From Lachnospiraceae bacterium (GTDB lineage: Bacteria > Bacillota > Clostridia > Lachnospirales > Lachnospiraceae): a DNA stretch of 64,000 bases. The position numbers and the translations under genes were made by a program. Each line of letters opens with the position of its first letter. Position 1 is the first letter of the stretch. The notes under the pieces were generated by a model, which did not search any database, had not been told where the DNA came from, and saw only the letters and a list, made by a program, of their open reading frames with translations. Shown piece by piece: positions 20,550-29,477 of the stretch. Where the stretch lies: NCBI GenBank assembly GCA_016288495.1, contig JAEEZH010000155.1, forward strand, positions 4,804-68,803, given 5' to 3'.

Positions 20550-21296
20550 ATGAAATCCAGAGGAGCACTTGCGGCAGCATTGTTGGGGATAAGCGCTATC
20601 ATATGTGTGGCCATATTTGTATCCGGCATGAAGCAGTTCAGAAAAAATGATATTAAGACGGGTATCACCGCTACAGGTTCCGCCAGCTGTGATTTTGAAG
20701 CGGATCTGGTGGTATGGAGAGGCAGCTTTAAGAGCTCCGGCGCCACTTCCAAGGCTGCATACAGCAAGCTGAAAAGGGATTCCGAACTGGTCAGGAGATA
20801 TCTGCTGGATTCGGGAGTGACCGACAGTGAGATGGTATTCTCATCGGTGAACATATATCGCGAGACCCTTTCACAGTATAATGACAATGGAGATTACATA
20901 GGTGATATCCCCGGAGATTACAAGCTGAACCAGGAAGTATCCGTCAGCTCTTATGATGTGGACAAGATAGACAAGATCTCCCGTGATATCTCTGCCCTGA
21001 TAGAGTCCGGGATCGAGTTTACTTCTGACTCTCCCGAGTATTATTATACCAAGCTTGATGAACTGAAACTTCAGCTTATTGAGGAGGCTACCAAAAATGC
21101 CAAGGCCAGGGTAGACATACTGGCTAAGGAGAGCGGTGCCACTCTGGCGGGGATGAACAGTGCAAATCTGGGGGTATTCCAGATCACTGCTACAAACTCC
21201 GCTTCGGAGGAATATTCCTCGGGCGGTACCTTTAATACCAGCTCCAGAAATAAGACGGCTTCCATTACGGTAAAGCTTAATTATTCCGTGAGATAA
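20550..21296 (+). CDS. SIMPL (DUF541) domain protein with an N-terminal anchor
   Basis: The single N-terminal TM/signal, the size and the sequence pattern are consistent with the SIMPL family. The assignment is from memory. Confidence 0.55.
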   Translation: MKSRGALAAALLGISAIICVAIFVSGMKQFRKNDIKTGITATGSASCDFEADLVVWRGSFKSSGATSKAAYSKLKRDSELVRRYLLDSGVTDSEMVFSSVNIYRETLSQYNDNGDYIGDIPGDYKLNQEVSVSSYDVDKIDKISRDISALIESGIEFTSDSPEYYYTKLDELKLQLIEEATKNAKARVDILAKESGATLAGMNSANLGVFQITATNSASEEYSSGGTFNTSSRNKTASITVKLNYSVR

Positions 21297-21318
21297 ATGA
21301 TTTCGGAGATAACAGGAA

Positions 21319-22614
21319 ATGGATTACAATGAAAACGAAACGCTGACCGACAGTTTGGACTACCCTGAGAATTACAGGGTGGACAGCGCTGAAAACAGAG
21401 AAGAGGACCCTCCCAAAAAGCAGGGAGGTGCCGTCAGGTTTCTGGCGGGACTCATAGTCGGCCTGGTAGTGGGGATATGCGGCTGTGCAGTGGTGGTGAT
21501 AATAGCTCTTCTCATCATGTACAGCTCCGATACCTTCAGACTGAATTATAAGGCTACGGAAAAGCTGAAGCTCATAGAGACCATGGTCAGGGATCATTAT
21601 CTCCATGAGGATGAGATCACCCAGGAGATGCTGGAGGACGGTATGTACAAGGGGATGATGGAATCCCTGGGGGATCCTTACAGTGTATATATGAATTCCC
21701 AGGATTTCAAATCCATGATGGACACCACCAGAGGCTCCTTCGGCGGCGTGGGTATGAACCTGACCCAGGACGAGGACACAAAGCAGATCAAGGTATACAA
21801 GGTCCTGCCCGGCACACCTGCGGAAAAGGCAGGCATAGAAGATGAGGACATCCTCCTTAAGGTGGACGGTGAGGATGTATCCGGACAGGATCTGGATTCA
21901 GTGGTCCTTAAGGTCCGCGGCAAGGAAGGCAGCACGGTCAACCTCGAATTTAAAAGGGGGGACAAGGAAGTCAGCTTCGACGTGGTCAGGGATATAATCG
22001 ACATAGAGACTGTGGAATGGCGCATGGAGGATGAGGACAACAAGATCGGTTATATCTACATCACTGAGTTTGATGAGGTGACCTACGATCAGTTCATGAA
22101 GGCGCTTTATGATCTTCAGGATCAGGGTATGAAGTCACTGATACTTGACCTGAGGGACAATCCCGGCGGAAACGTGGATACAGTCTGCGACATAGCGGAC
22201 GAGCTGCTTCCCGAGGGAAAGATAGTTTATGTGGTGGACAAGGACGGTCATACCAAGAATTACAATTCGGACCCCGAGCAGGCCTATACCGGACCCATGG
22301 TGGTCCTGGTGGATCAGTATTCGGCCAGCGCTTCGGAGATACTCACCGGAGCCTTAAAGGATTACGATCTGGCTACCATAGTCGGGAAAAAGACCTTCGG
22401 AAAGGGTATAGTTCAGAGCATATATCCTCTGGGCGACGGTTCCGCTTTGAAGATAACGGTGGAGGATTATTATTCCCCCAACGGCCACAATATCCATGGG
22501 GTGGGGATAGAGCCTGATGTGGATGTGGATCTGGATGTGGATAAATATAAAAAAGATAAGACGGACACACAGCTTGAAGCGGCAAAGAAGGAACTGACTC
22601 CCGGAAAGGGATGA
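21319..22614 (+). CDS. S41 carboxy-terminal processing protease with a PDZ domain
   Basis: It has a TM anchor, a PDZ domain (PGTPAEKAGIEDEDILLKVDG), and S41 catalytic region motifs LDLRDNPGG, SASASEI and GKKTFGKG. Confidence 0.9.
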   Translation: MDYNENETLTDSLDYPENYRVDSAENREEDPPKKQGGAVRFLAGLIVGLVVGICGCAVVVIIALLIMYSSDTFRLNYKATEKLKLIETMVRDHYLHEDEITQEMLEDGMYKGMMESLGDPYSVYMNSQDFKSMMDTTRGSFGGVGMNLTQDEDTKQIKVYKVLPGTPAEKAGIEDEDILLKVDGEDVSGQDLDSVVLKVRGKEGSTVNLEFKRGDKEVSFDVVRDIIDIETVEWRMEDEDNKIGYIYITEFDEVTYDQFMKALYDLQDQGMKSLILDLRDNPGGNVDTVCDIADELLPEGKIVYVVDKDGHTKNYNSDPEQAYTGPMVVLVDQYSASASEILTGALKDYDLATIVGKKTFGKGIVQSIYPLGDGSALKITVEDYYSPNGHNIHGVGIEPDVDVDLDVDKYKKDKTDTQLEAAKKELTPGKG

Positions 22615-22649
22615 GACGCCGGTATTCTTAAGCATATTGGGTGCGGGGT

Positions 22650-24032
22650 ATGGACAAGGAAATAAAAGAGCGGGTCTTTGCCGCTTCCTATCAGAAGTCG
22701 GAAGAGGGCAAGGAGGAGCTTTACAATTACGAAAAGAATAAAATACACGGCGTTGACGATCTGGCAAATTATAATTCGTTGACAAAGCTTCCTGTGCTGA
22801 GACTGTTCAACTATAAGTCATCTGAGATCGTGAAAGCATATCCGGAGCTTCGCTACGCCGTGATCGTGATGGATATCACCCAGTTTAAGGCAGTGAACGA
22901 ATTCCTGGGCAGGAGTGAGGGCGACAGACTGCTTTTGTTCATTGCGGGCTGTCTTAATGATTATGTGGAGAACAGGCGTTTCACTGTGGCGGGACATATG
23001 AGGGCGGATAATTTCTGTCTTTTCACGGCTTATACCAACGAAGAGGAGCTTTCAGATATCTGTATCAATATAAAGCGCAGGATAAAGACACTGTCTTTTG
23101 CCTACAGGGTCATCATTTCCTTTGGTATCTGTGCCTGCCCCGATGAGAGGCCCGCTATCCCGTATCTCAAGGATTGCGCCACCCTGGCACTTTCGGAGGT
23201 AAAGGGGAAATATTACGCCGATTATTGTTTTTTCCGTGATGAGATGCGCACCAACATGCTCAGGGAAAAGCTGATCGAGAGCGACATACTGGTGGGACTG
23301 GAGCAGGGTGAAGTGGTTCCCTATATCCAGCCCAAGGTAGATATGATCACCGGCAGGATCATCGGGGGAGAGGCTCTGGTGAGATGGAAGCATCATGACG
23401 ACGGACTGATATCGCCGGCAGAGTTTATCCCTGTTATAGAAAAGACTGGTATAATAATCAATGTGGACAGATTTATGTGGTCCCGAATTTTTGCCTATCA
23501 GAAACGTGTAATTGATGAGGGTCGTACTCCCGTACCTCTTTCTTTAAACGTATCCAGGATGCACAGTGTCGAAGACAAGCTGGCTCACAGGATCCTGGGA
23601 ATGCAGGAGAGATATGAGGTTCCTTCGGAATATCTGATCCTGGAGCTGACGGAAAGCGCTTTCGCCATGGATGAGAAAAATATGAACGAGCAGATGAAGG
23701 AGCTTCGGCGTTCCGGATTCTGTGTTTCGATGGATGATTTCGGAAGCGGCTATTCTTCATTGAATATGCTCAAATCCCGTGAGCTGGATGAGGTAAAGAT
23801 AGATAAGGAATTCCTCTCCGATATGGATAATCCCAAGTGCAGGATAGTGATCAGAAATCTGATATCCATGCTTAAGGAACTGGATGTAAAGATGATAGTA
23901 GAGGGAATAGAAACCGAGAAACAAAAGGAATTCTTTCTTGAAAACGGTTGCAACAGGGCGCAGGGCTTTTTGTTTTACAAGCCCATGCCCCTTGATGAGT
24001 TTGATGAACTGATGAAAAAAGAGAGCAGATAA
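22650..24032 (+). CDS. c-di-GMP phosphodiesterase: degenerate GGDEF-like domain plus an EAL domain (paralog of 17930-19297)
   Basis: It has the same architecture and is colinear in sequence with the other gene (YNYEKNKIHGVDDLANYNSLTKLPVLRLFN vs YDYEINKASRVDESANYNLLTGLPVLRMFN). EAL motifs LELTES and DDFGSGYSSLNMLK are present. Confidence 0.9.
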   Translation: MDKEIKERVFAASYQKSEEGKEELYNYEKNKIHGVDDLANYNSLTKLPVLRLFNYKSSEIVKAYPELRYAVIVMDITQFKAVNEFLGRSEGDRLLLFIAGCLNDYVENRRFTVAGHMRADNFCLFTAYTNEEELSDICINIKRRIKTLSFAYRVIISFGICACPDERPAIPYLKDCATLALSEVKGKYYADYCFFRDEMRTNMLREKLIESDILVGLEQGEVVPYIQPKVDMITGRIIGGEALVRWKHHDDGLISPAEFIPVIEKTGIIINVDRFMWSRIFAYQKRVIDEGRTPVPLSLNVSRMHSVEDKLAHRILGMQERYEVPSEYLILELTESAFAMDEKNMNEQMKELRRSGFCVSMDDFGSGYSSLNMLKSRELDEVKIDKEFLSDMDNPKCRIVIRNLISMLKELDVKMIVEGIETEKQKEFFLENGCNRAQGFLFYKPMPLDEFDELMKKESR

Positions 24033-24042
24033 GGAGATACAT

Positions 24043-25410
24043 ATGGACCACTTTTTGAAATTCCAGATATCTGTGGATGAGGATATGAAGCTTTCGGACG
24101 CTTCGGATTCCTTTTATGCTTATGTGGGAAATGATGAGATCACCAGTCTGGATCAGCTGGTGCCCCCTCAGGATATGACCCAGCTTAAAAATTCGCTTTT
24201 TGCCCTGAGCGAGGGCAGGAAGGGCATGTGCTGCTTCAGGATCCGTACCGCCGGCGACGTGCTGAACTGGATAGCGGCCAATATTAAAAAGAACAGTGCA
24301 AAGAAGGGACTGATCGAGCTGGATCTGGTAGATATCCAGTCCATGAATGAAAAGAGCACCCCCGTTCAGTATGACGCCATGACCGAGCTGCTGAACAAGC
24401 AGGCCATCACCGATTACGCGGCCAGCCTGACCAGGGTATACCCCCGGAAGATGTTTTATTTCGTGCTTCTGGATATAGATCATTTCAAGAATGTGAACGA
24501 TCTCTTCGGACATATGTGCGGAGATGAGGTCATCATAGATGTGGCTCATATCATAAGGGACTGCGTGGGAAGCAAGGGACAGACAGGAAGGATCGGTGGA
24601 GACGAATTCATGGTGGTCCTGGACAATATAGACAGCAGCTTTAAGATCCGCGAGATCCTGGCTGCCATCCGGGAGACCGTGGAGGAAAAATATAAGAGCT
24701 TCAGGGGTGAGATAGATGTGACCGTTTCCATAGGCGCGGTCCTCTATCCTGAGGACGGCACCAGTTATGACGAGCTTTTCATGCTGGCGGACAAGATGCT
24801 CTACAGGGCAAAGATGAAGGGCCGTAACAGATATATCATCTATACTCCCGAGATCCACGGAGAACTGAAGGAAGCTTCCATTACTAATGTTACCACCCGT
24901 CAGGTGGCTTCTGAGGATGCAAAGATAGCCCTGATCATCAGTTATATGAATTCCTTCTTAAGGAAAGCCACCATACCCATTCAGGTGGCGCTTGAAAATG
25001 TGATGAGGACCTTTGAACTGGACGGGCTGTATGTCTTTTACGAGAGTCTGGGTGCTTCCCGTTACGGTATCAGGAGAAATACAAGACCCGATGGCCGTGA
25101 GATGATGGAAGATGAGACTGTGGCGATGCCTATTCTGGGCACGGAGGACATAGCCGGCAAGTTCGATTCAAATAATGTGGCGATCCTGAATATCTTTGAT
25201 CTGAAGCGCGGAAGCGATGACAGTATTATCAAATATCTGGAGGAAAAGGAATACAGATTCATGATGGTATATCATATGCGGGATGCCAAGAAGGGCGGTT
25301 ATGTGGTATATACTGCCGATAAGGAGAGCGCCTGCAGGCTTTCGGAGACAGATATGGCGGATCTGATCTATTTCTCCAGGATGCTGGAGCTCACCTCCCT
25401 GGAACGCTGA
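24043..25410 (+). CDS. Diguanylate cyclase (N-terminal sensor-like region, GGDEF, and a C-terminal uncharacterised domain)
   Basis: It reads MTELLNKQAI...RIGGDEFMVV, and the start follows the previous stop by 10 nt. Confidence 0.85.
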   Translation: MDHFLKFQISVDEDMKLSDASDSFYAYVGNDEITSLDQLVPPQDMTQLKNSLFALSEGRKGMCCFRIRTAGDVLNWIAANIKKNSAKKGLIELDLVDIQSMNEKSTPVQYDAMTELLNKQAITDYAASLTRVYPRKMFYFVLLDIDHFKNVNDLFGHMCGDEVIIDVAHIIRDCVGSKGQTGRIGGDEFMVVLDNIDSSFKIREILAAIRETVEEKYKSFRGEIDVTVSIGAVLYPEDGTSYDELFMLADKMLYRAKMKGRNRYIIYTPEIHGELKEASITNVTTRQVASEDAKIALIISYMNSFLRKATIPIQVALENVMRTFELDGLYVFYESLGASRYGIRRNTRPDGREMMEDETVAMPILGTEDIAGKFDSNNVAILNIFDLKRGSDDSIIKYLEEKEYRFMMVYHMRDAKKGGYVVYTADKESACRLSETDMADLIYFSRMLELTSLER

Positions 25411-25422
25411 AATAGTCTCCCG

Positions 25423-25457
25423 CTGTCATCCTGAGGAGCACAGCGACGAAGGATCTT
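25423..25457 (+). repeat. REP/MITE-like half-element (locus 6)
   Basis: CTGTCATCCTGAGGAGCACAGCGACGAAGGATCTT lies directly upstream of the RBS of the next gene. Confidence 0.75.
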
Positions 25458-25472
25458 ATGAAAGGAGCATAT

Positions 25473-25850
25473 ATGGATTTCTTTGAAAAATTAGGCAAAA
25501 CACTGAATGACGCCGGTGAGGCGACAGTCCAGAAGACAAGGGAAATATCCGCTGTGACAAAGATCAATTCCCAGATCGCCCAGCAGGATAAGCTCCAGTC
25601 CGACATGTATAAAAAGATGGGCAAGATGTATTTTGACGCCCATGATGAAGCCGGGGATTTTGATCCCGAATATGCGGAGTGCTTTGACACCATCAGGGAG
25701 AGCATGAAGAGAGAACTGGAACTGAAGCAGGAGCTCAATGTGGCAAAAGGCATTGCGATATGTCCCACCTGCAGGGCTGAGAATCCCATGACATCTTCAT
25801 TCTGCAGTTCCTGTGGGGCACCTCTGCCCGGTCAGAATGTAGCCGGATAA
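25473..25850 (+). CDS. Small zinc-ribbon protein
   Basis: The C-terminal CPTC...CSSC motif follows a helical N-terminus. An AAAGGAG RBS precedes ATG 25473. Confidence 0.6.
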   Translation: MDFFEKLGKTLNDAGEATVQKTREISAVTKINSQIAQQDKLQSDMYKKMGKMYFDAHDEAGDFDPEYAECFDTIRESMKRELELKQELNVAKGIAICPTCRAENPMTSSFCSSCGAPLPGQNVAG

Positions 25851-25860
25851 TACTACTATA

Positions 25861-25887
25861 AAGGGGGCTTTTGCTCCCTTTTTTTAT
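25861..25887 (+). terminator. Rho-independent terminator
   Basis: An AGGGGGC-TTTT-GCTCCCT hairpin is followed by a T-run. Confidence 0.6.
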
Positions 25888-26009
25888 TTTTTTTTAAAAA
25901 TTTTATATTTTTTTGTGACGAACCGTTCTGTTTTTCCGTCTTTATTATCAGAAGGGCAGAAAACAAGCAAAATGCCAAAACAGTTTTGAATCATATAAGG
26001 AGGTTCGTT

Positions 26010-27827
26010 ATGAAAAAAAGAATGATAAGTCTGATACTTGCAGCAGGAATGATCACAGTTAATCTTTCGGGCTGCGGCCTTTTCTCCGGTAATGCACTTA
26101 CCAAGACCGCACCTTCCGATATGTATGAGAGCGGTGATGAATCAAAAGCCGGTTATTCCTATGAAGAAAAAAATGAGGCGGCGCAGTCTCAACGCTATGA
26201 GGCTCCTGCAGCTGAGGCCACGACGGATGAGTATGAGGGGGAATGCTATGATAGCAGTGTGAACGCATACTATTCGACCGAACAGGCAGCTTTGGGAGGC
26301 TCCAGAAGCTTTGATCCCAGGCAGAAGATCGCGGGTGCAAAGGCATCGGATTGCTTCCCCGCCCAGGGCTGTTACCCCGATCCCGGGTTTTATCCCGAAG
26401 AAGAGTATTATTACGAAGATGATTTCAACACGGAGGAGTATAAGTATATCCCTGAAAATGTGTGGATGTCTCCGGTTTCCTCTCCCTTCTCCACTTTTGC
26501 AGCCGATGTGGATACCGCATCCTATGCAAACATCCGCAGGATGATCATAAATAACGAGGATATCCCGGCGGACGCTGTCAGGATCGAGGAGATGGTAAAT
26601 TATTTTACCTATGACTATAAGGATCCTAAAGGAAATGAGCCTTTCGGCGTGACCACGCAGATAGCCCCCTGCCCCTGGAATAAGGATAATCACCTGCTTC
26701 TGGTGGGGCTCAAGGCAAAAGATCTGGATATGAGAGAGAGGGTGGATTCCAACCTGGTATTTCTGGTGGATGTATCCGGTTCCATGGCCGATGATGACAA
26801 GCTTCCGCTGATACAGAGATCCTTCCGTCTTTTGTGCGAGGAGCTGGGCAGATATGACAGGATATCCATAGTGACCTATGCATCCGGTGATACCGTGGTG
26901 CTGGACGGTGTACAGGGCAGCGAAAAGGCCAGGATCAACGACGCCATGGAGGATCTGTTTGCAGGCGGAAGTACCAATGGATCAGCAGGTATAAGGACCG
27001 CTTATGAGATCGCCCGCAGAAACTTTATCAAAGGCGGAAATAACAGGATAATCCTGGCTACGGACGGCGATCTGAACGTGGGCGAGACAGATGAGGGATC
27101 CCTGGCCCGCCTGGTACAGGAAGAGGCAAAGAGCGGTATCTATCTCTCAGTTCTCGGCTTCGGACAGGGCAATATCTCCGATGTGAATATGGAAGCCCTG
27201 GCTGACAACGGAAACGGAAATTACAGCTATATCGATTCAGTGAACGAGGCCAGAAGGGTGCTCATAGATGAGATCGGCGGCACGCTTTTCACAGTGGCAA
27301 AGGATGTAAAGCTTCAGGTTGAATTTAACCCCGAATACATAAAGGGTTATCGTCTCATAGGTTATGAGAACAGACAGATGGCTGCAGAGAGCTTCGCAGA
27401 CGATTCAAAGGACGGCGGAGAGATAGGCGCGGGACACTGCGTGACAGCTCTTTATGAGATAGCAAGTCATGCTTCATCCCAGAAGGTGGAAACCGTTGAA
27501 TCAAAATATACCGATACCACATTCAAGGGAGATGACCTTTCGGCGGCAAAGGGTGAACTACTGACAGTGAACATCAGATACAAGGAGCCGGATGGGGAAA
27601 AGAGCATCCTCAAGGAGTATCCCGTGGATAAGTCGATGGTATCAAGGTACATGAGCGATGATATGTCCTGGGCAGCAGGTGTGGCACAGATAGGAATGAT
27701 CCTTAAGGATTCCGAATATGCCGGGGACAGCAGCCTCAGGGATGTACTCTACAGGATGGAAAACACAAAGGGCGCTGACAGCGACGAATACCGCAGGGAG
27801 TTTTTATACCTGTACAACAGGATCTGA
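26010..27827 (+). CDS. Lipoprotein with a von Willebrand factor type A domain (YfbK-like, vWA plus a C-terminal DUF3520-like region)
   Basis: It has the lipobox LSGC and the MIDAS motif DVSGSM with downstream ...GSTNG...ATDGD. An AAGGAGG RBS precedes ATG 26010. Confidence 0.85.
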   Translation: MKKRMISLILAAGMITVNLSGCGLFSGNALTKTAPSDMYESGDESKAGYSYEEKNEAAQSQRYEAPAAEATTDEYEGECYDSSVNAYYSTEQAALGGSRSFDPRQKIAGAKASDCFPAQGCYPDPGFYPEEEYYYEDDFNTEEYKYIPENVWMSPVSSPFSTFAADVDTASYANIRRMIINNEDIPADAVRIEEMVNYFTYDYKDPKGNEPFGVTTQIAPCPWNKDNHLLLVGLKAKDLDMRERVDSNLVFLVDVSGSMADDDKLPLIQRSFRLLCEELGRYDRISIVTYASGDTVVLDGVQGSEKARINDAMEDLFAGGSTNGSAGIRTAYEIARRNFIKGGNNRIILATDGDLNVGETDEGSLARLVQEEAKSGIYLSVLGFGQGNISDVNMEALADNGNGNYSYIDSVNEARRVLIDEIGGTLFTVAKDVKLQVEFNPEYIKGYRLIGYENRQMAAESFADDSKDGGEIGAGHCVTALYEIASHASSQKVETVESKYTDTTFKGDDLSAAKGELLTVNIRYKEPDGEKSILKEYPVDKSMVSRYMSDDMSWAAGVAQIGMILKDSEYAGDSSLRDVLYRMENTKGADSDEYRREFLYLYNRI

Positions 27828-27833
27828 GAGAAT

Positions 27834-28394
27834 ATGGATGACAGACAGATCATAGAAGCATTTTTAAACAGGCGGGATGATGCCGTAAAACATCTTTTTG
27901 AAAAGTATTTCTCCTACTGCTTTAAGATAGCCTGGAATATACTTTTCAACAAAGAGGATTCGGATGAATGTGTGAACGATACGGGTCTCAGGACCTGGGA
28001 GAGCATCCCGCCCAACGAGCCTGACTCACTGAGGGCTTATGTGGGGCGGATCACCCGCAACCTGGCCATCACGAGGGTAGAGAATTCCACCGCCCGGAAG
28101 AGGGGCGGCGGACAGCTCTCCCTTTGTCTGGATGAGTTGTCCGAATGCGTATCCGGGGGCGACGACACCCTGGATATAGCAGACCGGATGACCCTGGGAA
28201 AATGTCTTAATGAGTTTCTTGCCGGTCTTAAGAGGGATGAGAGGATATTTTTTGTTCAAAGATACTGGTATATGATGTCTGTCAGCGAAATAGCAAACCA
28301 AAACGGCTGTACCCAGAGTAAGGTGAAGATGAGCCTTAAGAGGAGACGGGATGAGCTCCGATCAAGACTGATCAGCGAGGGGATAGAAGTGTGA
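27834..28394 (+). CDS. RNA polymerase sigma-70 family factor, ECF-like
   Basis: This 186-aa protein has a region 2-like N-terminus and a region 4 HTH (MSVSEIANQNGCTQSKVKMSLKRRRDELR). Confidence 0.85.
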   Translation: MDDRQIIEAFLNRRDDAVKHLFEKYFSYCFKIAWNILFNKEDSDECVNDTGLRTWESIPPNEPDSLRAYVGRITRNLAITRVENSTARKRGGGQLSLCLDELSECVSGGDDTLDIADRMTLGKCLNEFLAGLKRDERIFFVQRYWYMMSVSEIANQNGCTQSKVKMSLKRRRDELRSRLISEGIEV

Positions 28395-28423
28395 TACCCT
28401 GTTATGGAGGAAGAAAAAGCAGA

Positions 28424-28490
28424 AAAACGCATGCATCCTGAACGAAGCAGTAAAACGCATGTCATCCTGAGCGAAGCGAAGGATCTTGAT
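28424..28490 (+). repeat. REP/MITE-like half-element with a partial tandem duplication (locus 7)
   Basis: The sequence is AAAACGCATGCATCCTGAACGAAGCAGT followed by AAAACGCATGTCATCCTGAGCGAAGCGAAGGATCTTGAT. Confidence 0.75.
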
Positions 28491-28501
28491 AGAGGTATAA
28501 C

Positions 28502-29407
28502 ATGAAAACGACAGATCTCCTTAGGGAATTAAGCAATATAGATGATGAATATATTAACGAAGCGGCCCCTTCACCGGCGGTCAGGAGCATAAGACGTTAT
28601 TACGTTTTTGCCGGCCTGGCAGCTGCGGCTGTGATAATCATATTCTCTGTCAGGGTATTCAGGCAGATGGGGCATCTCTCCTCGAAGAGCGCTACCGCTC
28701 CGGCCTCGGATATTGCCATGGAAGCGTCAGATGAAGCTGATGAAGAGACTGCCAAAAGTGGATCAAAATCCGATGATATGGCGGATCTGAATATGGCGGA
28801 AGATGCGGTCTCGGGAGCTGCCGAAGAGTCTGCTGTCCGGGAAGCTGCCGAAGAGGCCACTGCAGATGCCGCCGCAGAAGAAGCTGCGACTTATGATGTG
28901 GCCCCTCAGGGGAATGCTCCTGTCGATATTGCCGAGAGCGAGGATGAAGAGATCGATCTGAAAGACGGATACGGGGATACGGAAAGCTTTAGGCCTGAGT
29001 TGAATAAGGAAAAGATCGCGGGAGGGTCTGCGATACATTTCAGAGATACGGAGCCTTCGGAAATAGAAAGACTTATGGGTCATAGCTTTGTGATACCGGA
29101 GGGAGCTTCCAATGTGAATTACCGTATGTCAGGTAAAGATCTGGCCATAGCGGATTTCATAATGAACGGGAGTGTCTGCCGTCTGGAAATGTCCCGGGGC
29201 ATATCCTCTGAGGATCTGACAGACTCTGCATATAAATGGGATGAAGGGACAAAGATACAGATAAACGGTAAGGAAGCCATGTTGTACAGGTCTCTTTTGA
29301 CAGAAAACACATCCTTATGTAGCTGGAATGATGAGGGGATCATGTACCGTGTGATCGTTTCCGGTGATGAAGATATAGAGAAATTATCCGAAGAGGTCTT
29401 TAATTAG
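28502..29407 (+). CDS. Single-pass membrane protein downstream of the sigma factor (putative anti-sigma/DUF4367-like partner)
   Basis: It has an N-terminal cytoplasmic segment, one TM (YYVFAGLAAAAVIIIFSV), an Ala/Glu-rich linker and a C-terminal globular domain. The role is inferred from gene order only. Confidence 0.45.
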   Translation: MKTTDLLRELSNIDDEYINEAAPSPAVRSIRRYYVFAGLAAAAVIIIFSVRVFRQMGHLSSKSATAPASDIAMEASDEADEETAKSGSKSDDMADLNMAEDAVSGAAEESAVREAAEEATADAAAEEAATYDVAPQGNAPVDIAESEDEEIDLKDGYGDTESFRPELNKEKIAGGSAIHFRDTEPSEIERLMGHSFVIPEGASNVNYRMSGKDLAIADFIMNGSVCRLEMSRGISSEDLTDSAYKWDEGTKIQINGKEAMLYRSLLTENTSLCSWNDEGIMYRVIVSGDEDIEKLSEEVFN

Positions 29408-29426
29408 CAGGTAAAAATGCCGATAT
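29399..29426 (+). promoter_or_regulatory. Sigma-28 (FliA/SigD)-type promoter for the flagellin gene
   Basis: A perfect -10 GCCGATAT lies at 29419-29426, with TTAA 15 nt upstream (consensus TAAA-N15-GCCGATAT). It sits about 50 nt upstream of the flagellin ATG. Confidence 0.6.
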
Positions 29427-29477
29427 ATATCCCGTATCATGCTTAAAGCAATTCATGGTACGGGAAGGGGATAAAGG

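Noticed and set aside
23872-24858. 328-aa minus-strand ORF
   Set aside because: It is antisense to the GGDEF gene 24043-25410 and the end of the EAL gene. It has no recognisable motifs.
29408-29477. A c-di-GMP riboswitch or other large leader RNA upstream of the flagellin gene
   Set aside because: The whole intergenic region is about 70 nt and is largely taken up by the sigma-28-type promoter and the RBS. It is too short for a GEMM-type riboswitch. GGA-rich motifs near the RBS could be CsrA sites, but I cannot support that from the sequence alone.
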